A stretch of DNA of 64,000 nt from Terriglobia bacterium (lineage in GTDB: Bacteria > Acidobacteriota > Terriglobia > JAJPHL01 > JAPKYU01): NCBI GenBank assembly GCA_965206645.1, contig CBDBKE010000004.1, positions 768,001 to 832,000 on the forward strand, given 5' to 3'. The first letter of the stretch is position 1. Every line of letters starts with the position of its first letter. The notes under the pieces were generated by a model. It searched no databases, was not told where the DNA came from, and saw only the letters and a list, made by a program, of their open reading frames with translations. Below, one piece after another: positions 19,174 through 28,769 of the stretch. The position numbers were made by a program, and so were the translations under genes.

Positions 19174-19596
19174 TCATCGGGGATAGGGGTGATTGTGGAG
19201 CGTGGCAAAAGCGCGGTAGATCTGCTCCAGCAGGACCACGCGGGCCAACTCGTGGGGCAGGGTGAGGGGGGAAAGCGACAGTAATTCGCACTCGGCGCGC
19301 AGGGCCGGTGGTAGGCCGTCGGCGCCTCCCACCAGGATCACCAACTCGCGCGTGCCGCCGTTGCGTAACCGCTCCAGCCAGCGCGTGAAAGCGGCTGAGT
19401 CCATTCGCCGGCCCGCAGCATCCAAGGCAACCAGCGTGGCCCGCGAGAATTTTTGGTGCACCCGGGCCAAGTCGGCTTCGCGCAGTTCCCGCTGCTCGAA
19501 ATCGCAGAAATGCCCCAGGCGCCGCGCATACTCAGCCGCCGCCTCATTCAGCGCACGGTTGCGCGACCGGCCCACATAAGCAATGCGAATTTTCAT
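19174..19596 (-). CDS. rlmH: 23S rRNA (pseudouridine1915-N3)-methyltransferase
   Basis: VGGADG, LSLSPLTLPHELARVVLLEQIYRA, HPY. Confidence 0.95.
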   Translation of the reverse strand: MKIRIAYVGRSRNRALNEAAAEYARRLGHFCDFEQRELREADLARVHQKFSRATLVALDAAGRRMDSAAFTRWLERLRNGGTRELVILVGGADGLPPALRAECELLSLSPLTLPHELARVVLLEQIYRAFATLHNHPYPR

Positions 19597-19730
19597 GCCA
19601 GAACTTGGCAGTCAAGACTCTGCATTCGGGCCAAAGCAACCGCCGGCAGAGCAAAGCAACCACCGGAAACTCGCGGCTCGTCACTGCAAGGATGAACCCG
19701 CCGGATAGGTCCAGCCGCCCCAGCGCGATC

Positions 19731-20045
19731 TCACGTTGACCTGCCACGCCTTCTCTTCAACAGTTTCCACACAGCTCGTGCGCCTATGCCCAATCCTGCA
19801 TAGAATAGGAAGTTGATCGGAGTAGAGACAGCTAACATTGCGGCAAGCGGTCCGCCTCCATGTGCAGTTCCGAGCAAGGTGCCCAACAGCACCACCGCGA
19901 TCAGAATTCCCGGGAAACCGAGGAGGGCAATCTGACTGCAAAACGAGTAGCTCCAAGATGGGCCCAACCACATGCACGCGTAAGCCCCTGAGGTAATGCA
20001 ACTGAGCAGCACCGCAACTAAGAGAATCTTCTTATTGGACAGCAT
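19731..20045 (-). CDS. Hypothetical small membrane protein (3 TM)
   Basis: 104-aa hydrophobic ORF, visibly more A/T-rich than its neighbours. Confidence 0.6.
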   Translation of the reverse strand: MLSNKKILLVAVLLSCITSGAYACMWLGPSWSYSFCSQIALLGFPGILIAVVLLGTLLGTAHGGGPLAAMLAVSTPINFLFYAGLGIGARAVWKLLKRRRGRST

Positions 20046-20183
20046 CTTTTTACCCCATGCCCGCAGCCCCCACGAGTTATTTCAGCTTCATTGCCCGCAT
20101 GGATTCGGACCCACGTAACGACCTGGATCCATTGCGCCCTTCGGGGATTGCGTTATGTCCCTCAAGAATTGATCCGAAAATGC

Positions 20184-21191
20184 TCAGTCCAGGTCGTAGC
20201 GCTTGCGCTTCTTGAGCAGCGGCTTGCGGCTGATACCCAGGATTTGGGCGGCGCGGGACTTGCGGCCGCGGGTGTAATCCAGCACCTCGGCGATGTACTG
20301 CCGCTCAAGTTCAGCTAGCGTCGGCTTGCCTTCGACTGACGACTTGCCTTCGGACAGGTGGGCGGGCAGCTGCTCCAGACCAATCTCCTGGCCAGACGCG
20401 AAGATGAGGGCGCGCTCCAGCAGGTTCTTCAGCTCGCGGACGTTGCCCGGGAAGTCGTATTGCTCGAGCGCCGCGGCGGCCTTGGGCGCAAGACGAACCG
20501 GGCGTCTGCGGTGCACTTCGGCCAGGGCGGCCAGCAGGTGCTCGGCCAGCGGCAGAATATCGCCGCGCCGCTCGCGCAGCGGCGGCAGGACGATGGGGAA
20601 GACGTTCAGCCGAAAGTACAGGTCTTCGCGAAAGTCCCCTCGCCCGATCGCCTGCTCCAGGTCCGCATTGGTCAGCGCGATCAATCGGGCACGAATGCGC
20701 ACGGCGGCGGCTCCCCCCAGCCGCTCGAACTGCTTTTCTTCGATCACACGCAGCAGCTTGGCCTGCATGGGCGTGGTCAACGCCGCCACCTCGTCGAGCA
20801 CAATCGTGCCGCCGCCGGCCAGTTCGAGACGCCCGCGCTTCTGGGCGTCGGCCCCCGTGAAGGCCCCGCGCTCGTGCCCGAACAGTTCGCTTTCGACCAG
20901 CTCGGGCGGCAGGCTGGCGCAGTCAATCTTCAACATCGGCTCATCGTGAGTTGGCCCCAGGTAGTGGATCATCTGGGCCAGCCGGTCCTTGCCGGTGCCG
21001 CTTTCGCCGCGGATCAGGACGGTAGTGGAGGTGAGGGCCACCTTGTGGGCGATCTCGGCAACCTTGCAGGACTGCGGGTCTTGGGCCACCCACAGTTTTA
21101 GCAGGACGGCATCTGCGTCCGTGTGCGCGTTGGTGCCGTGGCCGGCTGACCCCGTTGCTCTTCCCACCGCAGCCTCCTCAGCGCCGCCCAA
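20184..21191 (-). CDS. Sigma-54 enhancer-binding protein (AAA+ and Fis HTH, no sensor domain)
   Basis: GESGTGKD, ESELFGHERGAFTGA, VLDEV, FREDLYFRL, AAQILGISR. Start uncertain. Confidence 0.92.
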   Translation of the reverse strand: MGGAEEAAVGRATGSAGHGTNAHTDADAVLLKLWVAQDPQSCKVAEIAHKVALTSTTVLIRGESGTGKDRLAQMIHYLGPTHDEPMLKIDCASLPPELVESELFGHERGAFTGADAQKRGRLELAGGGTIVLDEVAALTTPMQAKLLRVIEEKQFERLGGAAAVRIRARLIALTNADLEQAIGRGDFREDLYFRLNVFPIVLPPLRERRGDILPLAEHLLAALAEVHRRRPVRLAPKAAAALEQYDFPGNVRELKNLLERALIFASGQEIGLEQLPAHLSEGKSSVEGKPTLAELERQYIAEVLDYTRGRKSRAAQILGISRKPLLKKRKRYDLD

Positions 21192-21242
21192 AGATCAGAG
21201 ACTTCCCGAAGAAACCAAATGAGCCGGTCACGGTGCTGGCCA

Positions 21243-21587
21243 TCAGCCGGCTTCCTCCAAACGAATGCGGGGAGCCATCCGCCAGAGCCGCTCCAGGTCG
21301 TAATACAGGCGGGCTTTAGGAGAGAAAACATGGACCATGAAATCTACATAGTCCATCAGGATCCACTCCGCCTGAGGGTAGCCTTCGATGTGGTAGGGCC
21401 GCAGACCGCCGCGCTTCAAGCAGAGCTCGATTTCTTCGCTGATGGCTTGCACCTGTCGGGAACTGGCGCCAGTGCAGATCAGAAAGTAGTCGGTGAACGA
21501 GCAAACATCCCTCAACTCCAGCGCGACCAGGTCCATGGCTTTCTTGTCCAGTGCCGCGGTAACCGCAGCTTGGAGTTCAGGCTTCAT
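21243..21587 (-). CDS. rsfS: Ribosome silencing factor
   Basis: DKKA, DYFLICTG, EG...WILMDY...VHVF...YYDLERLW. Confidence 0.95.
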   Translation of the reverse strand: MKPELQAAVTAALDKKAMDLVALELRDVCSFTDYFLICTGASSRQVQAISEEIELCLKRGGLRPYHIEGYPQAEWILMDYVDFMVHVFSPKARLYYDLERLWRMAPRIRLEEAG

Positions 21588-21607
21588 TGCCGGGTTCGTT
21601 GCCGAGT

Positions 21608-22273
21608 TCACTGATAGAGGCGCTGCTCCAGGATGTATTCGGCGACTGCCGGCGGCACCAACCTCAGCAGACTCCCCCCGTCGCGCGCCCGCCGACGCAC
21701 CTCGGTGGCCGAGATTGGTTCCCGGACGTTGGACAGCACCCAGGCCGTAGTCCGGCGCAGGCGAAACTCCTCCACCAGTTCCGGCTCCGGCTCCGGCCCC
21801 CGTGCGGTGCGCCGCTTCCGGAGCAGGTCCTTGGGGAAGACTTTTGCGACCTGCTCCAGGGGACAGCCGGGCCGGCTGACAATCAGAAAATCCGCTCCAT
21901 TGAGCAAGGCGCGCCACTGGTGCCAGCTCGGCAATTCCAGAAAGGCGTCAACGCCAATGAGGAAAAAGAGCCGGTCGGCCGGACCAAGCTGGCGGCGAAA
22001 CCGGCGCACCAGGTGGACCGAATATTGGACTCCACGGCGCGAGGGTGCCTCGGCTAACGAGGGAACAAGACCGCGCTCTCCGGCACAGGCCAGCGCCACC
22101 ATGGCGTAGCGGTGCTCGAAGGCGCTCATGCGATCGTGGGAGCGGTGCGGGGGACGTCCTGCTGGAACAAAATAGATACGGTCCAGACCGAAGCGCTCGC
22201 GAGCGGCCCGAGCGGCCGAAAGGTGGCCACAGTGAACGGGATCAAACGTTCCGCCGAACAGAGCGACGTTCAT
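21608..22273 (-). CDS. nadD: Nicotinate-nucleotide adenylyltransferase
   Basis: FGGTFDPVHCGH, PPH, IGVD, ISATEVR. Confidence 0.95.
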   Translation of the reverse strand: MNVALFGGTFDPVHCGHLSAARAARERFGLDRIYFVPAGRPPHRSHDRMSAFEHRYAMVALACAGERGLVPSLAEAPSRRGVQYSVHLVRRFRRQLGPADRLFFLIGVDAFLELPSWHQWRALLNGADFLIVSRPGCPLEQVAKVFPKDLLRKRRTARGPEPEPELVEEFRLRRTTAWVLSNVREPISATEVRRRARDGGSLLRLVPPAVAEYILEQRLYQ

Positions 22274-22289
22274 CGGCCGGCGGGCATCC

Positions 22290-23450
<1,161 letters not shown>

Positions 23451-23554
23451 TCAAGTTCCTGATCAAGGAATAGATCTTAAGTTACTGATTAAAAAATAAT
23501 TGCCTGACTTCGTTTCGTAAGAATAGGGGACCCATTTTTCCGCCCAGGCGCCAC

Positions 23555-23824
23555 CTAGGAGGGCGGCTCCGCGACGGGATGAACGTGGACGAATTTGCCA
23601 AACCGGCCTCGCCTCGCGAACTCGACTTGCCCGGAAACCCTGGCGAACAGGGTATGATCCCTGCCCAAGCCCACATTCTCTCCGGCCTTGAAGAGAGTCC
23701 CGCGCTGCCGGACCAGGATGGAACCACCGGAGACCAGTTGGCCACCGAACTTCTTGACCCCCAGCCGCTGTGCCTGCGAATCCCGTCCGTTACGAGAACT
23801 GCCCAGCCCTTTCTTGTGTGCCAT
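23555..23824 (-). CDS. rpmA: 50S ribosomal protein bL27
   Basis: [16 protein letters not shown]. Confidence 0.98.
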   Translation of the reverse strand: MAHKKGLGSSRNGRDSQAQRLGVKKFGGQLVSGGSILVRQRGTLFKAGENVGLGRDHTLFARVSGQVEFARRGRFGKFVHVHPVAEPPS

Positions 23825-23848
23825 AACTGTGTTTCCTCCTGCTCACTG

Positions 23849-24154
23849 CTAGACCAGGATCTCCTGGATGCGAATGCGGGTCAGCGACTGGCGGTGTCCG
23901 GTCAGCCGCTTGAAGTGCTTCCGCCGCTTGTACTTGAATACCAGCACCTTCGGCGCGCGGACGGTCCCGAGGATCGAAGCTTGCACCCGCGCACTCAAAT
24001 CCTTGCCGGCGCGAAGCGGTTCCCCGTCGGTCGCCACCGCCACAGCAGGCAGCTCAAGGGTCTCGCCCGGCTCGCCCTTAAGTTTCTCTACTTGAAGCAC
24101 GTCTCCGGGCGCGACCCGGTATTGCTTTCCCCCCGTCTGAATGATCGCATACAT
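23849..24154 (-). CDS. rplU: 50S ribosomal protein bL21
   Basis: MYAIIQTGGKQYRV, GHRQ. AGGAGG RBS. Confidence 0.98.
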   Translation of the reverse strand: MYAIIQTGGKQYRVAPGDVLQVEKLKGEPGETLELPAVAVATDGEPLRAGKDLSARVQASILGTVRAPKVLVFKYKRRKHFKRLTGHRQSLTRIRIQEILV

Positions 24155-24186
24155 GCTCTGCCCAGCCTCCTGATAAACGAACCTCC

Positions 24187-24192
24187 AGTATA
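24187..24192 (-). promoter_or_regulatory. Candidate -10 (TATACT) of the rplU-rpmA operon
   Basis: AGTATA on the + strand about 33 bp upstream of rplU. Confidence 0.45.
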
Positions 24193-24392
24193 GCGGAAAA
24201 CCCCCTGGTTTCGCTACGCTCCCGGGCGCGTAGTGGGTCAATTTACGGTAAGGGCGTTATACCGGCCAAGTGGGGCTGCGTGGCAGCATAGGTAAACACT
24301 AACCGACGAGCGGAAACCTATCTGTCGAATCCGACGCAAATCCTTTCGTTCCAGAGAGCTGGGTTAGTGGGGCCCCGATAGCTTGGGGACGC

Positions 24393-24530
24393 GGCGGCAT
24401 GTTGATCGCGGTGGAAGCCGCCGCCGCTCCCCGCTTCGGAACAAGCGCTGCGGGAGGCAGCGATCCGCGCCGCCATCATTGGCCGCATCCGCCGGGCAAA
24501 ATTCGCCGAAGTGCTGAACTGGCTCCGCCC
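24393..24530 (+). pseudogene. Frameshifted remnant resembling the C-terminus of a PurM/SelD (AIR synthase-like) protein
   Basis: Removing one C from the CCCC run gives GGMLIAVEAAAAPASEQALREAAIRAAIIGRIRR. No upstream coding part. Confidence 0.35.
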
Positions 24531-24543
24531 TTGGTGTGGCTGC

Positions 24544-24804
24544 CTAAACCGCTGCCGGCTCAACAGAACCGCTTGGCGCATGCGGTGGCACAGAAGCGGG
24601 GGATTTTTTCGTGCGGCGCTTTGGAGGTGCAGGCTTGGAGGGAGCTCCTCCGGGCAATAGTTCGACCATCATGAGACTGGTGACGAACTTCTTGATGCCG
24701 TGGAGATCGAAGTCTATGATGGTGCGTTCGGGATTAGCTTCAGTGACTACACCGAGGCCGTACTGTCCATGCTTAAGATACTGAGCTTTCCGGAGAACTT
24801 GCAC
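24544..24804 (-). CDS. Small Tudor-like protein (PcrA/UvrD C-terminal-domain-like) with basic tail
   Basis: KHGQYGLGVV...IIDFDLHGIKKF. AAGGAGG RBS before the GTG and its own extended -10. Confidence 0.75.
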   Translation of the reverse strand: MQVLRKAQYLKHGQYGLGVVTEANPERTIIDFDLHGIKKFVTSLMMVELLPGGAPSKPAPPKRRTKKSPASVPPHAPSGSVEPAAV

Positions 24805-24943
24805 GAAACCTCCTTGACCAACCCGGACACCGGCCGGCCTGAGAACAGCCGAATCGTAGCTTAGAGACGCCGGCTGGTGGTTCAGTATTAGGGCCTAGCG
24901 AAGTTGCAGTCAGCGCCCTACGATGGGAATTCCTTACCTTGTA

Positions 24944-24952
24944 AGTATACCA
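24944..24952 (-). promoter_or_regulatory. Extended -10 (TG-G-TATACT) for the Tudor-like gene
   Basis: Reverse complement of agtatacca. Confidence 0.5.
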
Positions 24953-25051
24953 GGGATGTCTCGAAAACGGGTACTGAAAAAGACGATTTGTTGAGTCCGA
25001 AAGCACGTGGATTCTAGACGTATAGTTTTTCTCCACATCCTTGTCGTACTG

Positions 25052-25060
25052 TGTTATACT
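25052..25060 (+). promoter_or_regulatory. Extended -10 (TG-T-TATACT) for the RRM gene
   Basis: Motif about 175 bp upstream of ATG 25235. Confidence 0.55.
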
Positions 25061-25234
25061 GCCACGCGTATTTGAAGAAGTCGGTTTGTCTGAAAGCATT
25101 TACCTCTATCGTTTGCTTCCTGCCCAATTGACTCCATCAAATTCCAGATAGCCGGTCTCCAGCAATGTGCTGACGGCCGGGTACGCGACCGCTCCGCACG
25201 GGCGCAGCGGCAACTTTCAAGGAGACAAAGAGAA

Positions 25235-25534
25235 ATGAAAAGCTTGTATGTCGGCAACATGAGTTTTAACACCACGGAGAGTGATCTGCGGGCTATCTTT
25301 GAGCCGCTCGGAGAGATCACGCGCATCAATGTAATCACGGACCGGGACACAGGCCGGGCTCGTGGCTTCGCTTTTGTTGAGATGTCCAATGACGAGGAAG
25401 CGGCCAAGGCAATTGGGGCAGTGAATGGAAAAGAGCTGGACGGCCGCGCCCTGAACGTGAACGAAGCGCGCCCCAAGACGGAGGGGGGCGGGTCCCGGAA
25501 CAGAAGTGGAGGATATAACCGAGGCGGCTATTAA
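25235..25534 (+). CDS. RRM RNA-binding protein with Gly/Arg-rich tail
   Basis: RNP2 LYVGNM, RNP1 RGFAFVEM, VNEARPK. AAGGAG RBS. Confidence 0.95.
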   Translation: MKSLYVGNMSFNTTESDLRAIFEPLGEITRINVITDRDTGRARGFAFVEMSNDEEAAKAIGAVNGKELDGRALNVNEARPKTEGGGSRNRSGGYNRGGY

Positions 25535-25753
25535 CCCGCGTACTAATTTACCGCACGACGCGCCAGGCCAGGGTGCTTGAACGGGTGGACACCCCCATCT
25601 ACTGACGTCGATGGGCGAGTCACCGTAGCAACCCGGCCCGTCGCGCCGGTGGTCTTCCGCTGCCCAATTGACGGAGTCCAAGCGGCAGGAGAACACCGCC
25701 TTGTCACCAGCGATGCCGGATAGGTCCACACTAACGGGCTAGCGTTTACAATC

Positions 25754-25785
25754 CCGGTTTCCGTTGGGCCCGGTTTCCGTTGGGC
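25754..25785. repeat. 16-bp perfect tandem duplication (CCCGGTTTCCGTTGGG)x2
   Basis: Read directly in the convergent intergenic region. Confidence 0.8.
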
Positions 25786-25877
25786 GAATAGTCGGCTTCT
25801 CGGAAACTGACCCACTGTCGAGCGCTTCAACGCCGAGGGGCACAGGCTTCGGCACCGGCCAGATGCCCGAAACGGCT

Positions 25878-26786
25878 TCAATAGAAATACGCGACCTCCT
25901 CAGAAGAAAACATCTGGCAGGAGGGTCGCGCGGCGAAAACTACTTCGGGGATCACCGCCGGGTCATCCGACCGATGGTAGATACACACGGCCAGTCGGGG
26001 GCCGAAGCGGGCGAGGCTCCGCCGAGCTCCGCGCAGCGCATGCCTCTCTGCCCCTTCAATGTCCATCTTGATGAAATCCACCCGGTCGAGATTCAAATGA
26101 GAAACAGTTTCATCAATAGAGGTAGCGGGCACCTTTGCACCAGGGCAGTCATCCTCCGGGGGTCGCACGATGCCTGTCCCGCTGTTGTCCAGCTTCGCGT
26201 CGGAGAAGCTGAGCGTGCCCGGAGTCTCCCAGACGGCGGCCTCCACCAGGATCACGCGCCCTTCCTCGATTTCCTGTTGGAAAGTTTGCTTATAACAGGT
26301 GATATTCGTCGATTCCGGTTCGAAAGCGACTACGAGCTGGGCCCCCCGATTCAGCGCAAACCTGGAAAAGGTGCCCAGATGGGATCCAACATCCAAAACA
26401 ACATCTCCACTTCGAATCACCACGGCTCCGCGCTGGTATATTCCCCAGAAAAGCTGTTCTATTGACATAGCAGCCAACAAGTTACCGTCGTTACTCCGGC
26501 CCCAGAAGACACCTATAGGCGTTTCCCACAAAACTGGACAAGGTTCTTCGCCATTTCGCTTTGCTCTCGCCAATGGCGGCTGAAGCCCCAGTCGCTTAGG
26601 CGTCATCAGGAGAAGCAAGTCCGACCACTCCATGTGCGGGAGCAAACCCCGGAACTCGAGACTTAAGATGTGCGCTCTCCATTGGAGGCTGCGCGAAGAG
26701 GCTGCTCGCCAAGCAGCGAGGGGCAAGACAACCAACAGGAACAGACTCGCTAAGACCTTCTCCCTCCGGCTCTGCATCGCCCTCAT
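25878..26786 (-). CDS. FkbM family SAM-dependent methyltransferase with N-terminal TM
   Basis: VLDVGSHLG, AFEP, IKMDIEGAE, IYH. Start uncertain. Confidence 0.88.
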   Translation of the reverse strand: MRAMQSRREKVLASLFLLVVLPLAAWRAASSRSLQWRAHILSLEFRGLLPHMEWSDLLLLMTPKRLGLQPPLARAKRNGEEPCPVLWETPIGVFWGRSNDGNLLAAMSIEQLFWGIYQRGAVVIRSGDVVLDVGSHLGTFSRFALNRGAQLVVAFEPESTNITCYKQTFQQEIEEGRVILVEAAVWETPGTLSFSDAKLDNSGTGIVRPPEDDCPGAKVPATSIDETVSHLNLDRVDFIKMDIEGAERHALRGARRSLARFGPRLAVCIYHRSDDPAVIPEVVFAARPSCQMFSSEEVAYFY

Positions 26787-26873
26787 TCTAACAGGTAGCG
26801 GGAAGAGTCCTTGCCCTGAAAGCGGCACGGGCTGCAGACTGTGGGGCCCTTTGGGAGGTCCGCCCGGCAGGGC

Positions 26874-27161
26874 TCAGCGGCGCAGGCGCTGGAAATGGCT
26901 GCGGATCACCTGGACGCTGAAGATCACGAAAGCGATTGTGGCGACGGCGAAAGCGAAGGCCGGCAGCCAGATCAACGAGAAGCTATTGGTCCACAGCAGA
27001 GGCAGCACGGCAAAGGCGCAGGCGACCACCAGGGCCAGCGTCAGGCGGAACCAGCGGGTAGTCTCCGGGTAGGGAAAGCGCAGGCTGAGCAACAGAGCCA
27101 GGCCCGCCAGCACCGAAGTCCACAACAGGTGAAAGTAGACTACCAGGTGGACGTTGGGCAC
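26874..27161 (-). CDS. Hypothetical membrane protein (3 TM)
   Basis: Hydrophobic 95-aa ORF starting 1 bp after the TPR gene stop. Confidence 0.6.
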   Translation of the reverse strand: MPNVHLVVYFHLLWTSVLAGLALLLSLRFPYPETTRWFRLTLALVVACAFAVLPLLWTNSFSLIWLPAFAFAVATIAFVIFSVQVIRSHFQRLRR

Positions 27162-27162
27162 G

Positions 27163-27663
27163 TTAGTTCCATCGCGATTGCAGGCGGCGGAGGGCCTGGT
27201 GGGCGAGCAGGTACTGGGGATTCTGCTCGAGCGCGTGCCTGTAGCACTGGGCCGCGTCGGGCCAGCGATGGAAGTGCTCGTGCACGCGCCCGCTATTCAG
27301 GTGCGCAAAGAAGTAGCTCTCATAGCGGGACGCCTTCAGCGCCTTCTCGAACCAGGGCAGGGCCTCCTCCCAACGACTCAGTTCAATTAAATAGGCGCCG
27401 ATGTCGTTGTAAGGGTTGCCGAAGGTGGGATCAACCTCGATGGCGCGCTGGCACTCCTGGATCGCTTCTTCGTAGCGGCGTTGGAAGCTGTAGGTCCACC
27501 CCAGGAAGGTGTGTGCCTCTGCGGTGGGCAGAATTTCGATCGAGCGCTTATACAGCGCAATGGCTTCTTCCAGTTCGCCCTTCATCTGGTGAGCGTAGGC
27601 GCGCTGGAAGTATTCCTGCGCCAGTTGCTCGCCGTCTTCCTTTTGTTCGTTGGGGTCAGCCAT
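27163..27663 (-). CDS. Tetratricopeptide repeat protein
   Basis: PTAEAHTFLGWTYS, FGNPYNDIGAYL. Confidence 0.88.
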   Translation of the reverse strand: MADPNEQKEDGEQLAQEYFQRAYAHQMKGELEEAIALYKRSIEILPTAEAHTFLGWTYSFQRRYEEAIQECQRAIEVDPTFGNPYNDIGAYLIELSRWEEALPWFEKALKASRYESYFFAHLNSGRVHEHFHRWPDAAQCYRHALEQNPQYLLAHQALRRLQSRWN

Positions 27664-28603
27664 AGGCGCTGCTGGCGTTCCAAACGTAGGCGGAGAACTC
27701 CTTCAGAGTTTGGAAGCCCATCCGTTCGTAAAGTTGGAGGGCCTGCTGGTTGGCCGAGGTCACCGTTAAGCTGAGGCCGGCGAATTCTGCCCGCCGGAAC
27801 ACTTCCGCGCTTCGCCGGACCAACTCAAAGCCAATCCCGGCGCCGTGAAATTCGGGGGCCACGCAGACCTGGGTGATATGGCCGATATCAGGATGCACCA
27901 CCGAGCCCAGGACCAGGCCGCATACCTGTCCCGCCTCTTGGTGGACAGCCAGAAACGAGGCTGGTGCATAGAAGGCTCCACAGCCCGGGTACTTTATGAT
28001 GTTCTTCAGGAAGCGGGCAGCCCCGGCGTTGCTGCAGTACTGGTCGTTAATCTGGCTGTCGATGTGCCCATGATAGGCCCGTGCAATCAGGCTGGTGGCT
28101 CCCGCCAAGTGACGCTCCTTCCAGTCGATCAGCGCCACCCCGGCCAGAGGGCGTGGCTCTAGGGTCGGCACCCCGTCCAACTCTAGCAACATGAATTGGC
28201 GCGGAAACACCTGGAAATGCTCGCGCCGAAAAGTTGGCTCCAGCGAGTCAGCGTTGAAGGCCAACAGCTGCGCCTCAATCCGGCGAATGCCTGGCGTCTG
28301 CTGCATGGTCTCAATCACGTGGTCCAGCAACTGCCCCTCGGTGCCACCGCTGTACGCGTGAGAAACAAACAGGTCGCCAATCAGTCCTTTGTGGTCCTCG
28401 TAGACGAAGAACGCGTAGCCGACAGGGCGGCCCTGCTCCAGCGCCGCGTAACCGGTTAGGGCGCGGGCGTCCAGAAACCGCCGGACCAGGTCGACCGAAC
28501 TCGAGTAATCCCAGCGCAGTTGCTCGTGCCACAAGCGGCTTTCTTCTTGCAGCACAGCTTCCAGGTCGCGCGACCGTATTTGCCGCAGATCCAGGATCTC
28601 CAT
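27656..28603 (-). CDS. Tandem GNAT N-acetyltransferase
   Basis: VCVAPEFHGAGIG acetyl-CoA motif, N..ALQLYERMGF. Confidence 0.87.
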   Translation of the reverse strand: MEILDLRQIRSRDLEAVLQEESRLWHEQLRWDYSSSVDLVRRFLDARALTGYAALEQGRPVGYAFFVYEDHKGLIGDLFVSHAYSGGTEGQLLDHVIETMQQTPGIRRIEAQLLAFNADSLEPTFRREHFQVFPRQFMLLELDGVPTLEPRPLAGVALIDWKERHLAGATSLIARAYHGHIDSQINDQYCSNAGAARFLKNIIKYPGCGAFYAPASFLAVHQEAGQVCGLVLGSVVHPDIGHITQVCVAPEFHGAGIGFELVRRSAEVFRRAEFAGLSLTVTSANQQALQLYERMGFQTLKEFSAYVWNASSAYG

Positions 28604-28769
28604 CCAGGCGCGCTCCCACCCCCACCGAATATCTTACTCCTTCCCCGACGGACACGCTACAGACCCAACCGGCTACGCTCGGCGTAAGCCGGGCATGAGC
28701 AACTCCGCATGCGAGCGCACCCGCCCTGCGCCACGTACAACTGCTGCAGGACTGTGCTAGGGTGAGTCC

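Noticed and set aside
24155-24392. L21 leader RNA
   Set aside because: The candidate -10 leaves only a very short UTR, and I recognised no leader structure.
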